Source: an uncultured Anaerolineae bacterium (GTDB lineage Bacteria > Chloroflexota > Anaerolineae > JACIWP01). Taken from it: a stretch of 64,000 nucleotides of DNA. The stretch covers positions 21,278-85,277 of the forward strand of contig CALIBQ010000035.1 of assembly GCA_938049385.1 (NCBI GenBank), written 5' to 3'. Numbering within the stretch: position 1 is the first letter of the stretch; every line of letters starts with the position of its first letter. Below the pieces are notes generated by a model. It made no database searches. It saw only the letters and a list, made by a program, of their open reading frames with translations, and was not told where the DNA came from. The translations under genes were made by a program, and so were the position numbers. This document shows positions 62,930 through 64,000 of the stretch, in pieces.

Positions 62930-64000
62930 CCAAGGCGCCGGCGCAGATGCCGCAGGACGGCCTCCGCCTCTTCCAGCAGTGCCGGCTCATCCAGCACCAG
63001 CACCCGGCCGTCCTCCATGAGGATGCGGCCGTCCACGATGACCGTCTCCACATCGCACCCGTGGGTGCAGAGCACCAGCGCCGAATCCAGGTCATGCACC
63101 GGCACAGCACGCGCATGGCGGACGTTCACAATGATGATGTCCGCCGACGCGCCTTCCTGCACCGTTCGCCCATCCGTAATGAGCCGCAGAGCCTGGGCCG
63201 GCGGCAGAAGCGTGGGGTCGAGGTTCGCCACGCGCGCCAGCCCCACCGCCGCCTTCAGCGTCTCCCAGATGTCCTGCGTGTCATTGCTGGCCGGCCCGTC
63301 CGTCCCCAGCAGTACCCGCACACCGCGACGCATGAGGTCTGCCGCCGGCGCGATGCCCGATCCCAGCACCATGTTGCTCACCGGGCAGTGCACTACCGTT
63401 GCCCCGCGCTGGGCCAGAAGCTCTTTCTCGCTCTCCTCCAGCCAGACGGCGTGCACCACCTGGGTGCGCTGGTCCAGCACGCCGATGCTCTCCAGCCAGT
63501 GCACCGGCCGCCGGCCGAACAGCTCCAGCGTCATGCGCACCTCGTCCTGGGACTCTGCCACATGGACGTGGGTCGGCGCGCCGTACTCGCCGGCCAGGGC
63601 ATGGGTCGCCTGCATGGTCCTCTCGGAACAGCGCCAGGTGCTGATGGGGCCGTTGGCGATTTCCAGCCAGCCAGGACGATGCCAGGCGCGGTACAGCCGT
63701 CGGAGGTCCTCCAGAATCGCTTCCGCCGGCTCCGGATTGGCGCCCATATCCGCCCAGGAGCGTGCTAGGGTCATGCGCAGTCCGACCGTCTGCGCGGCCC
63801 GACAGACGGCATCGGTGAATGCCGGCCCGCGCACCACTTTGTGGTGCTGAACCACATGGGTGACGCCGCAGTGCAGGTTCTCCACTAACCCCAACAGCCC
63901 GGCCAGATGCATCTCCTCGGGCGTCAGGGCGTTCTGCAGGGGCCAAATCAGCTCCTTCAGCCACTGCACCAGCGGCCGGCCGCCGGCCAGCCCGCGCATC
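62920..64000 (-). CDS. Amidohydrolase (MtaD/AtzA-like deaminase), 5' truncated by window edge
   Basis: WLKELIWP, HVHVAES, VVHAVWL, VHCPVSNMVLGSG, LGTDGPASND, GASADII. Confidence 0.88.
   Translation of the reverse strand, partial: MRGLAGGRPLVQWLKELIWPLQNALTPEEMHLAGLLGLVENLHCGVTHVVQHHKVVRGPAFTDAVCRAAQTVGLRMTLARSWADMGANPEPAEAILEDLRRLYRAWHRPGWLEIANGPISTWRCSERTMQATHALAGEYGAPTHVHVAESQDEVRMTLELFGRRPVHWLESIGVLDQRTQVVHAVWLEESEKELLAQRGATVVHCPVSNMVLGSGIAPAADLMRRGVRVLLGTDGPASNDTQDIWETLKAAVGLARVANLDPTLLPPAQALRLITDGRTVQEGASADIIIVNVRHARAVPVHDLDSALVLCTHGCDVETVIVDGRILMEDGRVLVLDEPALLEEAEAVLRHLRRRLGWE

Noticed and set aside
1-64000. tRNA, rRNA, integrase, transposase or prophage genes
   Set aside because: No cloverleaf or rRNA-like segments and no recombinase, transposase or phage structural motifs in any ORF.

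Overview
High-GC bacterial chromosomal window. Gene content, TTGACA-N17-TATAAT promoters, Thr/Pro-rich secreted proteins and GT-C membrane proteins point to an anaerobic Chloroflexota (Anaerolineae-like) organism; this is inference. About 50 CDS were found, with no rRNA, tRNA, CRISPR array, transposase or prophage. Housekeeping-type genes: pcrA/uvrD, glk, ttcA-like, a stand-alone fusA and uvsE. Accessory modules: (1) ssnA plus a PreA/DHODH-like flavoprotein lacking the catalytic Cys; (2) a B12-radical SAM enzyme plus two GT-C glycosyltransferase-like proteins; (3) a tandem glycine riboswitch (ON-type architecture) over class-V aminotransferase, serA-like and DUF1015 genes, where DUF1015 carries the PHE...DGHHR motifs of SerK/SbnI free-serine kinases; (4) a two-component-linked tungsten-type aldehyde oxidoreductase cluster with a CobW GTPase lacking CxCC and a MoaD-like protein whose di-Gly is replaced by di-Cys; (5) two cohesin/Thr-Pro surface proteins and a giant Flp-pilin fusion; (6) the strongest candidate for a new system, a ~13-15 kb GntR-linked minus-strand operon (Tat-lipoprotein ABC importer, two non-pyrrolysine MttB methyltransferases, an atypical PLP gamma-lyase-family enzyme, and a truncated GlpA flavoprotein wired to SdhB/C/D without SdhA); (7) a UbiD / UroD-like / amidohydrolase operon at the right end. 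Non-coding signals: three copies of a REP/MITE-like element, a perfect 30-bp GTAG palindrome, strong over-representation of GCCGGC, and an apparent ACG start for uvsE. All functional calls come from motif reading only; no searches were run.
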